Assembly (NCBI RefSeq): GCF_009914755.1 | Contig: NC_060927.1 | DNA from: the human T2T-CHM13v2.0 reference genome, Homo sapiens | DNA: 64,000 nt | Reading direction: 5' to 3' (one strand) | Shown: positions 1-22,700 of the stretch, piece by piece | Layout: every line of letters begins with the position of its first letter | Numbering within the stretch: the first letter of the stretch is position 1 | The notes under the pieces: generated by a model | Told to the model about the DNA's origin: nothing | The model's input: only the letters and a program-made list of their open reading frames with translations | The model's database searches: none | Position numbers and translations under genes: made by a program

Positions 1-1984
1 TTGTACTTAGTAAAAAGTATTTGGCATCACAAAAACAGGGCTTAGATGCTAGCATAGAAATAACATTGGTAGTTGAGATGATTTCCTATCATTTCAAGAG
101 GCTGTCACCCAAAAGTTGCAAAGTGTCCCTGCCTGGGTCCTTCCAATCAGGGGAGAAACACTACTAATTCACACAGAACGTTGTCAACAAGATGCTCTGC
201 TTCCCAGGCCTATTTGCATTCTTATAGGGTCAACGGTGCTTGATTCAAATAAATGACTACCTGAGGGTAAAATTTCAGATGATGAACCATTTAGAATTTT
301 CTACTTTCTCTTAAAGATTATCCACTAAGTTTCCTCCAGCTCTTAACTTTCTGTAATACAATTGCAAATTCAAATGATGAAAGTTTGCATGTTTAAACTT
401 AGAAATTGTCAGAAGAGAAATTTTGGTTTTATTCAAATTTGCTTTTTAAACATTTACAAAAGAGAAGCAGGGAATTGTCATCACCAGTTCGAAAGCGAAA
501 TGCCTTCTGATTTTTTATTGTTTTCAAGAACAAAAGACTTTTTTGTTGGAAACATCAGAGTTGATTTTTATGTTTGCATACATTAGAGAGATAATGACAG
601 GTTTCTTGCAAAAACCACCATTACGTCTCATACCAGCCTCTCTGATGTTTCATAATTTTCTAAACATATTTCAGAGTTATTGGCAAGCACAAAACTTTGC
701 AATTTAGGTGGATATCAGAACAACTTGACAATTTTCCTCATGTTTTAAAGTGAAAGTCATAGAAACACAACAGAGGAAATCTGCCACTTGTAATGGAGCA
801 AAATCTTTACTTGAGTCTTTGAGAGATTGTCTCAACCAGATCACTTAGATCCTTTAGTCCCTAAGTTATAAACATGCTTATCCTTTAGCTTAGTTTATTA
901 GCATAGATGAAAAAGCACTTTCAGAAATTTGCCTTATTAATTCTTCTAAATTAAAGCTGACTCCCTTCTTTAAAAAGCTGCACTTTTCTAACTTCAGGTG
1001 TTTCCTTCTCAGAGAGAAGATGTATATGATTCTATTTCCCCACCTATGAGGCCAGCCTGTGTGCCTCGTCTCCTGAACAATCATTACCCGACTTGGGCCT
1101 GCTCACCAGATTGTTGGATGTTGAAAGGACCTGGTCTGGGGCCAGGACACTTTAGGAATCTCTGCTGTGCTCATGCCAAACTCTTGGCAGGAAACCAGGC
1201 TGGGCGCTCCAGGACCCAGTGCTAGAGGCCAAAAGACCGGTCTCTTCTATGATGCCTGGCTCCTCACCAGGCAAAGTTGCGGGGGCTGGGGGGTGGGGGT
1301 CTCTTCCATTGCTGAGATTCTGCCCCCACTCTCTTGTGTTGGTTGAGAGAGCTGTATCCAGTGACCGCCTACGTGGCTACCATTTCTAAAACATTGTTTA
1401 TTTCATCATTTAAGATTTCTATTTGGGGGCGTTTTATCACATACATAGCACATTTAATCACAGTTCATGTGCATAAATATATAAAGTTTAAAAATATATA
1501 AAGGATATTCATGTATAAAAATATTTTCTGATGAGAGTTCCCAATCAAAAAAGTTTGGATACCACTGTTCTATGAGCAAAAGTTCTGGAAAAGGTTTCTA
1601 TGTCCTTTTCCCAGAAGCAATTAAAAAGCTTATTTCTGAGACACAAGAACCAACTTGAAACAGCTCCAAGTGGCCAAAGACAGCATAATTTGAGCATTAA
1701 TACAATGGATTGAAACATATTAAATAAATTTAAAATTGATACATTCATAATAATATTTTTAAAATAAACACATTGGTCATCTTTAAAGGATGTTAATAAA
1801 CCAATTAATTATTCTGAAAAGAATCAAGCATGAAACCTGACTTTCTAGTGTGAGCTGTACCCTAGGATACCAAATACTTAATGAGGGAAATTTCACTCCC
1901 TCTCCCTCACTCCCTCTCCACACACATACATACTCAAAGAATAATAGAATATCATCATCTGGCAAATCTCAAATTAAATAAGAT

Positions 1985-3010
<1,026 letters not shown>

Positions 3011-3473
3011 TTATTATGCCCAACAGCCATCCTCCTTTGTATTCCTAAAGCACACACTAGAGAAAATGTTTCTCAGAATCAAGAATTCCAAATGCTGTAG
3101 TGGAATCCAGTAACAAAATTAGTTTGAAGGGACCCATGAATTGCTGCTGCAATCTCGCCTCTGAGAAAAAGCCAAGAAAAAGGGAAAGGCGGCCGTAATG
3201 ACCTTCATGATTGACTTATGCAGGATTTCCACTGCTGAAAGGGAAATCCTATAGCATTTAGTGCTCTCAATTAAATATTTCATACAGGAGCCATAAGGTG
3301 TTGTTGAAAGAAATGAAACCTTGTTGTGTGCCCTGTTTCCTAATATCTGCTAAGGCACATCCTCCTCTGGACCCCACCTTACATCTGGAGGACGGGCCAG
3401 GGCAGCAATGCTGGGGATCAGGTTCAATGACTCTTTTCAGTGAAATATATATACAAAAGGAGGTGGCTGAGTT

Positions 3474-3812
<339 letters not shown>

Positions 3813-3844
3813 TGACTGAGTTTTTAAACAAAATTTTATCTTTC

Positions 3845-4215
<371 letters not shown>

Positions 4216-4306
4216 TAAGTGTCCACTGAATGAATATTTGTGCATATAGTATTTCATAGGGTTGGGTGGGGAGGACATCCCAGCTGTTCATCAGAACACA
4301 GCCTAG

Positions 4307-4644
<338 letters not shown>

Positions 4645-4755
4645 ACAATTTAAGGGGCATAATCTCATTGTGATCATGACGGCCACCATCGCTTTTGTCC
4701 TCTGACATTGCAACTAAAACATTCTAATACCTCGAGCTCTGAGGGCTTTTCCAGG

Positions 4756-5022
4756 TGTATTCATTTTCTGGGGCTGCCATAACCACAAATAGAATGGCTT
4801 AAACAACAGAGGTCTGTTGTCTCACATTCTGGGGCTAGAAGTGTGAGATCGAGGTTGTGTTGGGGTTGGTTCCTTCTGAGAGCTGTTGGGGAAATGTCGT
4901 TGTTGCTGGCCATCTTTCATGTTCCACGTACTCCATCTCCAAATAAGGCCATATTCTGAGGTGTTGGGTCTTAGGACTTCCCCATATGAATGAGGAAAGG
5001 AGGTACAACTCAACCCCTAACA
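4756..5022 (-). mobile_element. MaLR LTR (MLT1B/C-like), internally deleted
   Basis: tgtattcattttctggggctgccataac...ggcttaaacaacaga...ccaaataaggccatattctgagg...caacccctaaca. Confidence 0.75.
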
Positions 5023-5455
5023 CTGGGTGGCCCTTCCTTCCCAAGGCCTCTCTATCCTCAGGGACAATTGCATTCGTTTGAACCCCCTGTCTTCCCAGGA
5101 AGGCACTGGGCTACAAGGCCCCAAGCTCCCTTTCTTTGCCTGTTGGCACCAACATCACCCTCCCACTCTTGCTCCTGAAGCTTTCTCAACACTGCTGTGG
5201 TTAATGTTGGCTTTTTGGCTCTTGGTGGCCTGGTTTGTGGCTGCTACTTTCCTGTCATTATAGTAGTGTTCTCAGCTCTCTCTTCTTTTCACTGCAATAG
5301 TCCTTAAACCCAAAGAAGAGGTTTTCCCTTGCCAGCGAACATCAGTGGCCTAGCCTTATACTGGCAATTATATTCCTTGGGCCCCTTTCAAAAGATAGGC
5401 TGCTCTTTTGAGGAAGTTGGGATATGGGATCTAGAAAAATATGGGCAGAGAATAG

Positions 5456-6073
<618 letters not shown>

Positions 6074-6384
6074 AAAATTCTTCATCTTGTTGCTCCAAGA
6101 GTTTGTAATTTCCCCAAATTTACTACCCCATTTTTCCAAGAATCTGAGGGGCTCACTGATGTGCAAAACAGGTGTCCACGAGCCCCAACTATATGAAAAA
6201 CATCTTCACATAACCATCATCCCTGCTGTTTGGAGTCTGGCCCAGAGAAGCATATAAAGAAAAAGCCTTACCCTTTCAGATATGTAAATTAGACTTCCAG
6301 CCACAACGGCTGCGTCCTTAATCACAGTGCTTCCGGTATTAGAGCTAGAATGATGACAGTGGCAGGATGACAATTCCTTAGCTA

Positions 6385-6904
<520 letters not shown>

Positions 6905-7164
6905 TAGTATCAGGCATCGTTAGCATGAAACTTGAAGAGACTTAAGCTCATCTTGTGCTTGCTAAGGGTAGGCAGCTATATTCCAGTCAGCAGACAACAG
7001 TAACAATTGCATGCTGAGATCTCAATTGGAAGAAAGGAGACAGGACCAGGGGTAGGAGAACCAAGCAAAGCCTAGAAATTCCAGTGGCACAGACCAGGGG
7101 TATGGGGGGTAGGAGTGAGGGTGGGAGGGAGGGATTGATGCTCCTATCCACTAAACGCCAAGCT

Positions 7165-7420
7165 AAGGCAGTGTGTGAGTGGTGAGAAGCTTGTGAAGCC
7201 AGACAGACTTGGGTTCAAATCCCAGTTCTGTCTCTCACTAGCTCTGCAAGCCTGCATGTATCTTTTCCTCAGCGTCCTCATCTATCAGAAAAATGAAAGT
7301 AATAACAGTACCTGCCTCACAGGTCTGTTGTGATGGACACATGAGGTAATGTGTAAGGACAAGGCATAGGGCTTAATACAGAGGCAGCACCCAATTAGCT
7401 ATTGTTATTACTATTGTTAG
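7165..7420 (+). mobile_element. MIR
   Basis: Core gggttcaaatcccagttctg...cctcagcgtcctcatctatc...aataacagtacctgcctcacagg. Confidence 0.8.
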
Positions 7421-7593
7421 TAAGGAGCCCAAGGTGATCGCCTCCTATGCCTCTATTCTGCTGAAGGAACAAAGATAATTCATTTGGCTGTAGCCATGGG
7501 CATTTATGGACAAAGAATTTTCTCTTTTCAAACTCAAAGTAGCACATGTAGATGTGTTTTGGCACTCTAAAATGGAGGTGCATTTTCCAATTA

Positions 7594-8321
<728 letters not shown>

Positions 8322-8718
8322 TATCACATTTCATAATCACCCTCTCTTCACATCCAATACAATATGGTTAGCTTATCAATTTCACAAAAATAAAACAAAA
8401 CATCATCCACAAAATGAGAATGGTGTCTCAGATGATATGGCGAGAAGGAATCAAGTCAGAGGAGTTTCTCTGATTGAGGGCCTTGAGACAGGCAGTCTTT
8501 TCCTCGTGGCTAGAAAGGGTGAAACTCTAGCTACAGCTTCCTGGTAGAAGGGCTGTTACCATGGTTTCTGAAGCAGGCGTGGAGTCAGAAATACCATTTT
8601 TTTGCATTTATATATGGAAAAGATAAGACCTCACTTTTGTTTTTCTTAGCATATCTTTAGAAAGGCAACAGCAGGAGAATAGAAAGTAGGAAAAGCTAGT
8701 GATAAGGGTTACTGAATT

Positions 8719-9045
<327 letters not shown>

Positions 9046-9053
9046 TCAATTAA

Positions 9054-9465
<412 letters not shown>

Positions 9466-10378
9466 TGATTTCCCTTCTTGACAGACTGGTTTTGGTTCAT
9501 GTGGCTGGTGCCTGGTTGCCCGTCTCCCCAGGGCTCTCCCTACATAGGCAAACTGAAGGAAATCACACTTCTTGTCTTTCTCTCTGAAGCATGTTGAACC
9601 AGATGGAACCTGTCTTTCTCTCTGAAGCATGTTTCTTTCTCCAATCAAGAGAGCCTGAGTTTCTAGCCATAGTGTGTAGCATGAAGCACATAACTTTGAT
9701 CAGGGTTTATTTCTGTTACATCGAGGGAGATTTTGTTCTGTTAAAAGTTGAGGACATATTATTATTATTTGTTTTTGTGAATCTCTTTTGCATTTTTGAT
9801 CAGAGACCTAAGAAGGGGACACTACAAAGAAATGAAAACACAGTTTTTGTGCAAAATGGTGACTCCTGTGTGTGTCTGTGTGTGCTGGGGTGGGGATGGG
9901 ACTGGTGGTGTGCTTGCTGAATGTAAGTGCCAGGCTGCTTCCCTCAACACTTCCCAGATATATTTTCAAGCATTTCATCTCTCATTGTGTCCTAAACCTT
10001 AACCGAAACCCACAAAGTATTAGAATCTCCCTTCAGGAGATGAGTTTTAAAACCTCCATTCTGAATATAATTCTGACACGCGTGGAAAGGACAGGAAGCA
10101 CGAAAGTTTAGCCTGAACTCTAGTTCCTAGGACTGAACCCACGCCAAAGGCATTATTTCTTTTGTTATTATTATCCTTTCCAGATAACATCCTTATGAGT
10201 ATCTTTAAAATTACATTGTAAGCCAGAGGTAAGGCAAGCGCTCTCTTTCTTTGCCCAATATTTTTATTGCACTTTGCAGTCACTATTTCAGCATCCGTCT
10301 CATCACTCATGGTGCCATTTCACTTCAGCATGCCTGGTACTGCAGGTGGCACTTGGAGATTCAAGAGATCACAGACTC

Positions 10379-10679
10379 AGCCGGGCGCGGTGACTCACGC
10401 CTGTAATCCCAGCACTTTGGGAGGCTGAGGTGGGTGGATCACAAGGTCAGGAGTTCGAGACCAGCCTGGCCAATATGGTGAAACCCCATCTCTACTATAA
10501 ATACAAAAATTAGCCAGACGTGGTGGCGCGTGCCTGTAGTCCCAGCTACTCAGGAGGCTGAAGCAGGAGAATCACTTGAACCCGGGAGGCGGAGGTTGCA
10601 GTGAGCCGAGATCGCGCCACTGTACTCTAGCGGGGGCAACAGAGTGAGACGCTGTCTCAAAAAAAAGAAAAAAGAAAAG
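10379..10679 (+). mobile_element. Alu (Sg-like)
   Basis: Full-length; TSD aagagatcacagactc. Confidence 0.95.
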
Positions 10680-10984
10680 AGATCACAGACTCTGCCCGGG
10701 GTCACCAACACTCTCAAGGAGGGCATGAAGGTAAGAAAAAAAAAAAAAAAAAAACACTGCATTGAAACAAGGGTTGTAGCAGAGGTAAGCATACTCTGAT
10801 GACTTCAGGTCAGGCTTGATCCTACTGCAGTGGTTCTTACCCAAGGGGGACCCAGTGCCCTATTCTAATAACAAACGTTTGGCAGCATCTCCTTAACATC
10901 CTGAAGAAGAATTTATAGAAAATATAACTTGTCTGCACACCTCCAAAAAATCAGAGGACATTTAGGGTAGCCAAAATGCCCAGT

Positions 10985-11275
10985 ATGATACTATAATGGT
11001 GGATACATGTCATTATACATTTGTCTAAATCCACAGGATGTACAAGATCAAGAGTTAAACCTAATGCAAACTATGGACTTTGGGTGATTACACTGTGACA
11101 ATTTAGGTTCATCAGTTGTGACGAACGTACTACTCTTGTGTGTGGTGAGGGGGGCGGAGTTGATAATGAGGGGGGCTATGTATGTAGGGGACCTGGGGCA
11201 TATGGGAAGGAAATCTCTGTACCCTTCTTTCATTGTTGTTTTGGATCTAAAACTACTTTTTAAAAAAGTCTTTCA
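10985..11275 (+). mobile_element. L1MC-type 3' end
   Basis: tatgatactataatggtggatacatgtcattatacatttgtc...aaactatggactttgggtgat; homologous to 28255-28550. Confidence 0.75.
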
Positions 11276-11287
11276 AAGATCAATATA

Positions 11288-11572
<285 letters not shown>

Positions 11573-11822
11573 TCAATATAATGCCCTGACTGTAATATGA
11601 AGGAGAAAACTAATGAAAGTAATCTAAAAAAAGTCATGCATTTTAATATGCAAATATTCCAGCACAACTACACAGAAAGACAGAAAAGCCAGCCACTTGT
11701 GCCTGCTTATATTTAATATGTTTGATTTAATTTATATATATTACTTTACTATTTTATTACATTTCAATATATTTAAATTATATTTAATATGACAAAATAT
11801 TTTAATTTATATTCAGTGGAAC

Positions 11823-11823
11823 A

Positions 11824-11855
<32 letters not shown>

Positions 11856-12135
11856 GAGACAGTCTTGGTCTGTCACCCAGGCTAGAATGCAATGGCATAC
11901 ACATGGCTCACTGCGGCCTCCACCTCCTGGGCTCAGGTGATTGTCCTGCCTCAGCCTCCTGAGTAGCTAGGACTAAGGTGTGCACCACTATACCTGGCTA
12001 ATTTTTAAATTTTTTGTACAGACTGGGGTCTCACCATGTTGCCCAGGCTGGTCTTTAATTTCTGGGCTCAAGGACTCCTTCAGCTTCAGCCTCCCAAAGT
12101 GCTGAGATTAGAGGCATGAACCACCATGCCTGGCC
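11823..12135 (-). mobile_element. AluJ with (TA)n/T tail
   Basis: Diverged Alu with J diagnostics (ctcctgggctca). Confidence 0.9.
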
Positions 12136-12366
12136 AATGCAATATTTTTGACTTTTAAAATATTTAACATTTTGAAATCAGAATTAAGTTATTATATATT
12201 TCACAGTAGTATATTGTGAGGTTTTAGATAGAGAGAGCCATAGAATGTCTAGGAACATAGAATGATGTGATGTGTCTATGTGGTGACTCAAATAGCATAA
12301 ATGGCATTGCTCTTCCTGATGTGATGTTTTTGCAATGAACAACTCTTAGTAAAGTTTGGAACAATC

Positions 12367-12695
<329 letters not shown>

Positions 12696-12973
12696 TTATA
12701 TCAGAATTGAATACCTGATAATTCAATGTATACTAAAATCACACAAGAGAAAGCTCTGTGTTTCATGTAAAGTGGAGTTCAATTCTAAGCTCTGCTAATT
12801 CTAATTTATCTCCATGAATTCCCAGAAAATCATCTTAAAATTTTGTGTGAGGCAATACAGTTCTTCGTTGAGCAGGGCAGTCCACATACTACAAGACATA
12901 CTTTATCCCTGGAACCACCCATCAAATCCCATAACATTCCCCGAACAACCAACCAATCAGAAACCCTCCGTAG

Positions 12974-13254
<281 letters not shown>

Positions 13255-14104
13255 CCCCCATAGGTTTCTAAAATACCCAAGGAGGCACCTCATCCCTAGT
13301 GAAAATCCCTGGTCTGAGATCTCTTCTAGTTCCGAAATTATGTGGTTCTTTTTATATGCTATATCCCCAAACTTAATCTAATTAATTATTTGTAATACCT
13401 ATTAAGTGCCTTACCATTGAAGGAGGCAAAAATAACCTTGTGTCTTGTTCCTTTGCAAAGATTTTTACAGGCTTATCCCTAATGCCCAGCACAGCCCAAC
13501 ACGTAGGGTCTCAATAAGTACTTTTGGATGTATGCATATATATGGGGAGGATATTCCAGCAGTATAAGACATGAACATTTTCCTTACATTCTACATTGCC
13601 ACATTTCCAATACATTCTAATTGGGAAATTAAGAATAACATGTGACAACAGTAAAAGATCAGTACAAAATAATATTTCATTAAGGGGTGCATCTTGTCGA
13701 TTAAAGCTGTAAGTATAATAAAGTGATAAGAGAAATTACTGAGAAACTCAGAGAAGCTTTCATAATCAGTAGAATTGGAGCTAAGGCATGAAGGAAGGGT
13801 GGAACTTGGGTGAGAAAGAAGGAAAGCTTTCCAGAGGAACTGAGAGGAAGCAGGGCCCAGAGTCAAGAATGTGCAAGGTCTGTGTGCAGAAAGGGCAACA
13901 AAGTTCACACTAACGAGGAGTGGAAACGTTAGGATGAGGTATTCAGGGGCCAGATTTAGAAGGGACTGGAATACCAATTAGTTGAAACTTGTTATTTGAA
14001 AAGTTTTAATAAAGGCCAAGCTATGCACTGTCTTAGAAACCCAAGCAAACTGCTTACCTTGGGGGGTAAAATGAGTGTGGATGACTGAGGACCATACCAT
14101 TGGA

Positions 14105-14310
14105 AGTGGTAGAATAGAATAGTGGTTACACACTTAAATTTCAAGTCAAATAGGCCTGGGTTCAAATTCTGGCTCTGCCTCTACTAGGATCCTGACCTCT
14201 TGAGCTTCAGTTTCCATTTCTAGAATGAAGCAAATAATAGTGGCTACCTCAGAGGATTATTATAAAGATAACATAATATGGTGCATGTGAGATGTTTGGT
14301 GTGTCGTAAC
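14105..14310 (+). mobile_element. MIR
   Basis: cctgggttcaaattctggctctgcc...cttcagtttcc...aataatagtggctacctcagagg. Confidence 0.75.
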
Positions 14311-14896
14311 AATTTGATTCCTGATTAAGTGTTGGTGACAAGGAATGTTAGCTGTATATATATCTCCAGACTCGCTGGGAGGCTGCTGAGGGTGTGGGGA
14401 AGGGTGGGGAGAGGATCCTAGGAGTAATGCCCTCTATCCTTCCTTTTATTATTTGGGATTCATAGAAAAGCTATTTTCAGGGGGTGATGATTAAGGAAAG
14501 TTCTTTGTGAAGACATGATTTTCTGTCTCACTTATTGAACTTAGTGTTTGTTCATAATTTGTTACTTATTTTGTTGCTTTCAAAGAAAGGAAAATATTTG
14601 CGACAATGACTTCCTATATGTCTCAAAGGGTGTGGCACAACTACTGCATACAATGAAAACTCATGATTTTTCTTTCCTTGCAGTGCAGGTGAGAAAAGAC
14701 TTCTACAGAGAGGGTGAGCTCCTTAATTTATTTTATCCAATCTTTAGCGATATTATTTGGGTCAGCATTTCTAAAGTTGCATGAATATAAGAATTAGCTA
14801 GAATACTTGTTAAAAATGTAGATTCCCAGACCCCTTCTCTGGAGAGTCTAGTTCAGTTAATTTGGGCTTCTTGCTAAGGCAATTGTAAAATGCAGT

Positions 14897-15130
14897 GATA
14901 ATAGCTGATGATTACTGAGTGTCTACCATGCATCCGTCACAGTTCGAAGTTCTTTTTATGTATAAACTGAGATCCTTGCCATAATTTTAAGAGGCAGGTA
15001 CTAATACCATCTCCATATTAGAGATGAGTAGCTAAGCAGAAAGAGGCTAAGATTGCAGAGCTAGTAAGTGAAAGAACCAGGATGTGAGCCATCTAGCCTG
15101 GCTCCAGAGCCCATGCTTTTAACCATTACC
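14897..15130 (-). mobile_element. MIR
   Basis: ataatagctga...ccatctccatattagagatgag...gaggctaag...ctggctccagagcccatgcttttaacca. Confidence 0.75.
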
Positions 15131-15276
15131 CTTCCCAGCTCCACCTTATATACAGATGCCTATGCTGTAGTTTGAATGCTTTCTTCATATCACCAGAGCA
15201 AGTAAGGGTGATGTTCTGTTTTGCACATTTGGTACCACATTTAAGATAGAAATGCTTTTTTAAGGGAAGTATGTAA

Positions 15277-16550
<1,274 letters not shown>

Positions 16551-16837
16551 TGGTTAGAGATGACAGTGCGTATCTCCTTGATCTTAATGGAGCTCCTCAA
16601 GCATTGAACCATTTTCTACATGGACACAGCAATAAATTTAGCATTGATGTCTGATGCAGGATATTTTGCAGCTAACTCAAATTCTATTTTGCCAACTTTA
16701 GTACTGTTGATCCTAAGTCATCCCTCAAAGGTATAAGCAACCAGCTTAGAAAAAGGTTCAATGATTGATGCTTTCAAGTAGCTTTCAGTTTCTTGAAGAT
16801 AAACTTGGACTCATTCTGGTCTTGGCAAAGACCAAAC

Positions 16838-17045
16838 TTTTTTTCTTTTTCTTTTTTGGTGAGACAGGGTCTTGTTCTGTTTCCCAGGCTGGAATGCAGT
16901 GGTGCCATCATGGCTCACTGCAGCCTTGACCCCCAGGCCTAGGCAATCTTCCACCCCAGCCTCCTGAGTAGCTGAGACCACAGGCATGTGCCACCATGCC
17001 AAGTTATTTTTTTTTTATACAAGGACTCACTCTTTTGCCCAGGCT
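16838..17045 (-). mobile_element. AluJ/FRAM fragment
   Basis: Right-arm Alu sequence with T tail. Confidence 0.85.
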
Positions 17046-17051
17046 TCAATC

Positions 17052-19782
<2,731 letters not shown>

Positions 19783-22700
19783 GATATTTCATGCCATGCG
19801 ACACTCATAAAAGTGATTCATTATTTAGTTATAAAACAATGACATCTGAGATTGCTTTGAAAAAGAGAACTGCTCACGTCAAGAGTCAGAGAGATCCCAG
19901 GGTTCACTTCTGATTTTGTCAATGATCCAGAGTGTATGAAATGCAATTATTGTATCTTTTCAGGATTTGTTCAAATGCTATTACTGCTTTGTAAAATATC
20001 TGGGTATTTGGGGTGTGAATAGGATAATATTTATAAAACTAGAGTCTCTTTACCAAAAAAAGAGTTTAAACAGAGAAAAAAATGTTATCAGTAGTGTCAT
20101 TATGCTACTTCTGTAAACATTATCATATTATTAAAAGGAAATCTGTCTATATAACTAGGCTGGGCTAGATATCTAAGCGTGATAGGCCCTTTGTTACAGC
20201 AAGTAATATTTAGTTTCCAGAAACCAGTATTTAAAAGCCTGCTTTGTACAACTGTTAAAGTCTATTATTAGAAGGATTTATTTTTGGCACTGGATCCTGG
20301 AGCTTTGGCTAATAGCAATCAATGGAGTAATTCTAGCCTAATTTTGCAAGTGTTCTAATGACAGTGAAAATATGTTACCCATGAACATAATGACGCTCAG
20401 CAAAAGAGCTCAACATTTTATTGAGCCATAAGAGCATAATAATTGCAGTTCCCATTTTCCATAATCATGCTTTGTGGGGAATGTTTTTATTTGGAGAAAT
20501 GCAATCATTTTTGGAAACAAATTCCATAACAATTAATATCCACATAATAAAAATGCATTCAATTCCAGAAGTTTAATTCCAGAAGCCTAGATTCAAATTC
20601 CCCAGAGAAGTTTTTATCTTGCGATCTTGATACTAAAGGAAATAATCCCAACAACAGCCAGTTTACAAGTGGAATTGTTTAGATGATCCTTTTAAATTAA
20701 AATTTGCCCATTTGAGAATGAAATGTCATTTATTCCTGTTTCCCAGTCAACTTTCTTTTTACATACCTTATCAGTTATTTTGCATGCTTAGTTTTTATGC
20801 TATCTCAGTAGTGAAGAAGGAAGAACAAGGGAATCACATAGCAGAAACAAGGGTCCTTTGCCAAAACAAAAAAAAAAGAAGGCATAGATTATAAACTAGA
20901 AGCAAGAACTATGTCTTCAGCATACAGAGCTCATGGTGCTCAGCATTTTATGGTCATTAGAAAGCATTATTTAAAATTAAATGATTTTTAAAAGCACTTT
21001 ACCATGTGGAAAATTTTTTAAGTATTATTTTTGTTACTCAGAGCCTGTGGCTTTCTAAATTTTAGCAATTTTTTTAAAGGGAATATTAATGAAAGTGAGA
21101 CCATTTTAAATTAAGGCAGTTAAGGAAAATGACAATGAAAACCACTCTGTTGACTGTCTTTCTTACCTTACCATTTCCAAATTGTTGTTCATTTGTATAA
21201 TCTATATGAGAAAGAGCTGATTCAATGGAATTGCTTTTATAACAACAGTATACTTCATTGAAATGATTATATGCAATTGATTATAAACTGTTTGTTATTT
21301 CTATGTCAATTATTTCCCTAAGCAAACACTTTCATTCACGTAAGGCTTATGTAAAATACAGCCTTCTGTTAATTGTTAGAAGCATTACAAAACACATATA
21401 ACAATATCAGAATAATTTATTTAATGCTACTATATTTTTAAAAAGTGAACCACAATCTCATGAGATAGAGATTTCAATTTTTCACAGTTTCCTTAGATTG
21501 TGAAATAAGCACCATCTACATCTGGGCAAAGAAAGAGAAGTACAGATGAAGAGGAAATGTTTCCTATTCTTTCTTCGAAAGTCGTTTGTTTACATGAAAA
21601 AAGTTTCTTTGCAATGAATCCGATTACATTCCATTTGTATATTTACATGTTTATCTCCTAGAAAACAAGAACTACACAGTGTAGGAGAAAATCATTTCAA
21701 GTACATTGTGGGTCAGAACTGTGCGCTTATCAAAACAAACGATCATATAAAATAGTTCTAAATCAATCTTTATTTTTCAATATATCCTTACTATATTTAC
21801 AGAAGTTACTGATGTAAGTCATAACAAAATTTGCAAGCTAACTTTACATTTTTCCAATAGATGAGATAATTTAAAGATGTGAAGATACAAAGGCAGCTGC
21901 TGCTTCAGATGACTCAGAGATGGAGCCCTGAGGTCATTCCCCAAGGAGGGAGAAGGTGAGAATTCCTGTCATCAAGGAGACTGAGGTGGCCTGGCTTTGA
22001 GTCTCACATTGTTTTTTTTCACCTACTTAGTTGAGACATTTGTCTTCAAAACTAAACCTTGTTGAGAGAGAATGGGTAAAGATTTCAGATCATCTCCACT
22101 GGTTAACATACTAAGAGCCAGGACTAGAAGACAGGACCACAGCTGTATATAAGGCAGTCTCATCAAGTCAGGAGAAAGTTGGGCTATTCTTTGAATCCAG
22201 GGACATTCAAGGGTACTCTGGAGTCCAGAAGAGGGGAGCTGTGTTAGATGAGTAGAGGGAAAAGCTAAGTGCAGAAGGGTTCTTGCCCCCACGTTTTGCA
22301 TGGTTTCCTAGAAGAAAACCTCTCAGCAGTGTGCCCTGGCACAACCTAGGGTTGCCAAGGCCAGGCAGAGACAGGCTGAGTTACCTTTCTTGAGTGACTC
22401 TGTGTGGTGTGGAAGGGACCTAGAAGTGCCTGCATGCCCTTGGGCAATATAAGAGAAGCTGTTTCTGGGAAGCTTGCTAGGGTGGATCACCAAGGCTAGG
22501 GCAAAAATAACATGTGCCCAAGGCTACAGCGAGGACCGCGCAAGCCAAGGGATGAACAGGCATCAGGACCAGACCCTAGAGCTCTACTGTGTCCCTGTCA
22601 CAGCAAGGGACAACATGATGCTGAGTCAGCCAGGAGGACCTCCTGGCAAACAGACCACGATGATGTCTGTGTCTAAAGCCAGAGCCTCCAGCCTGAGGCA

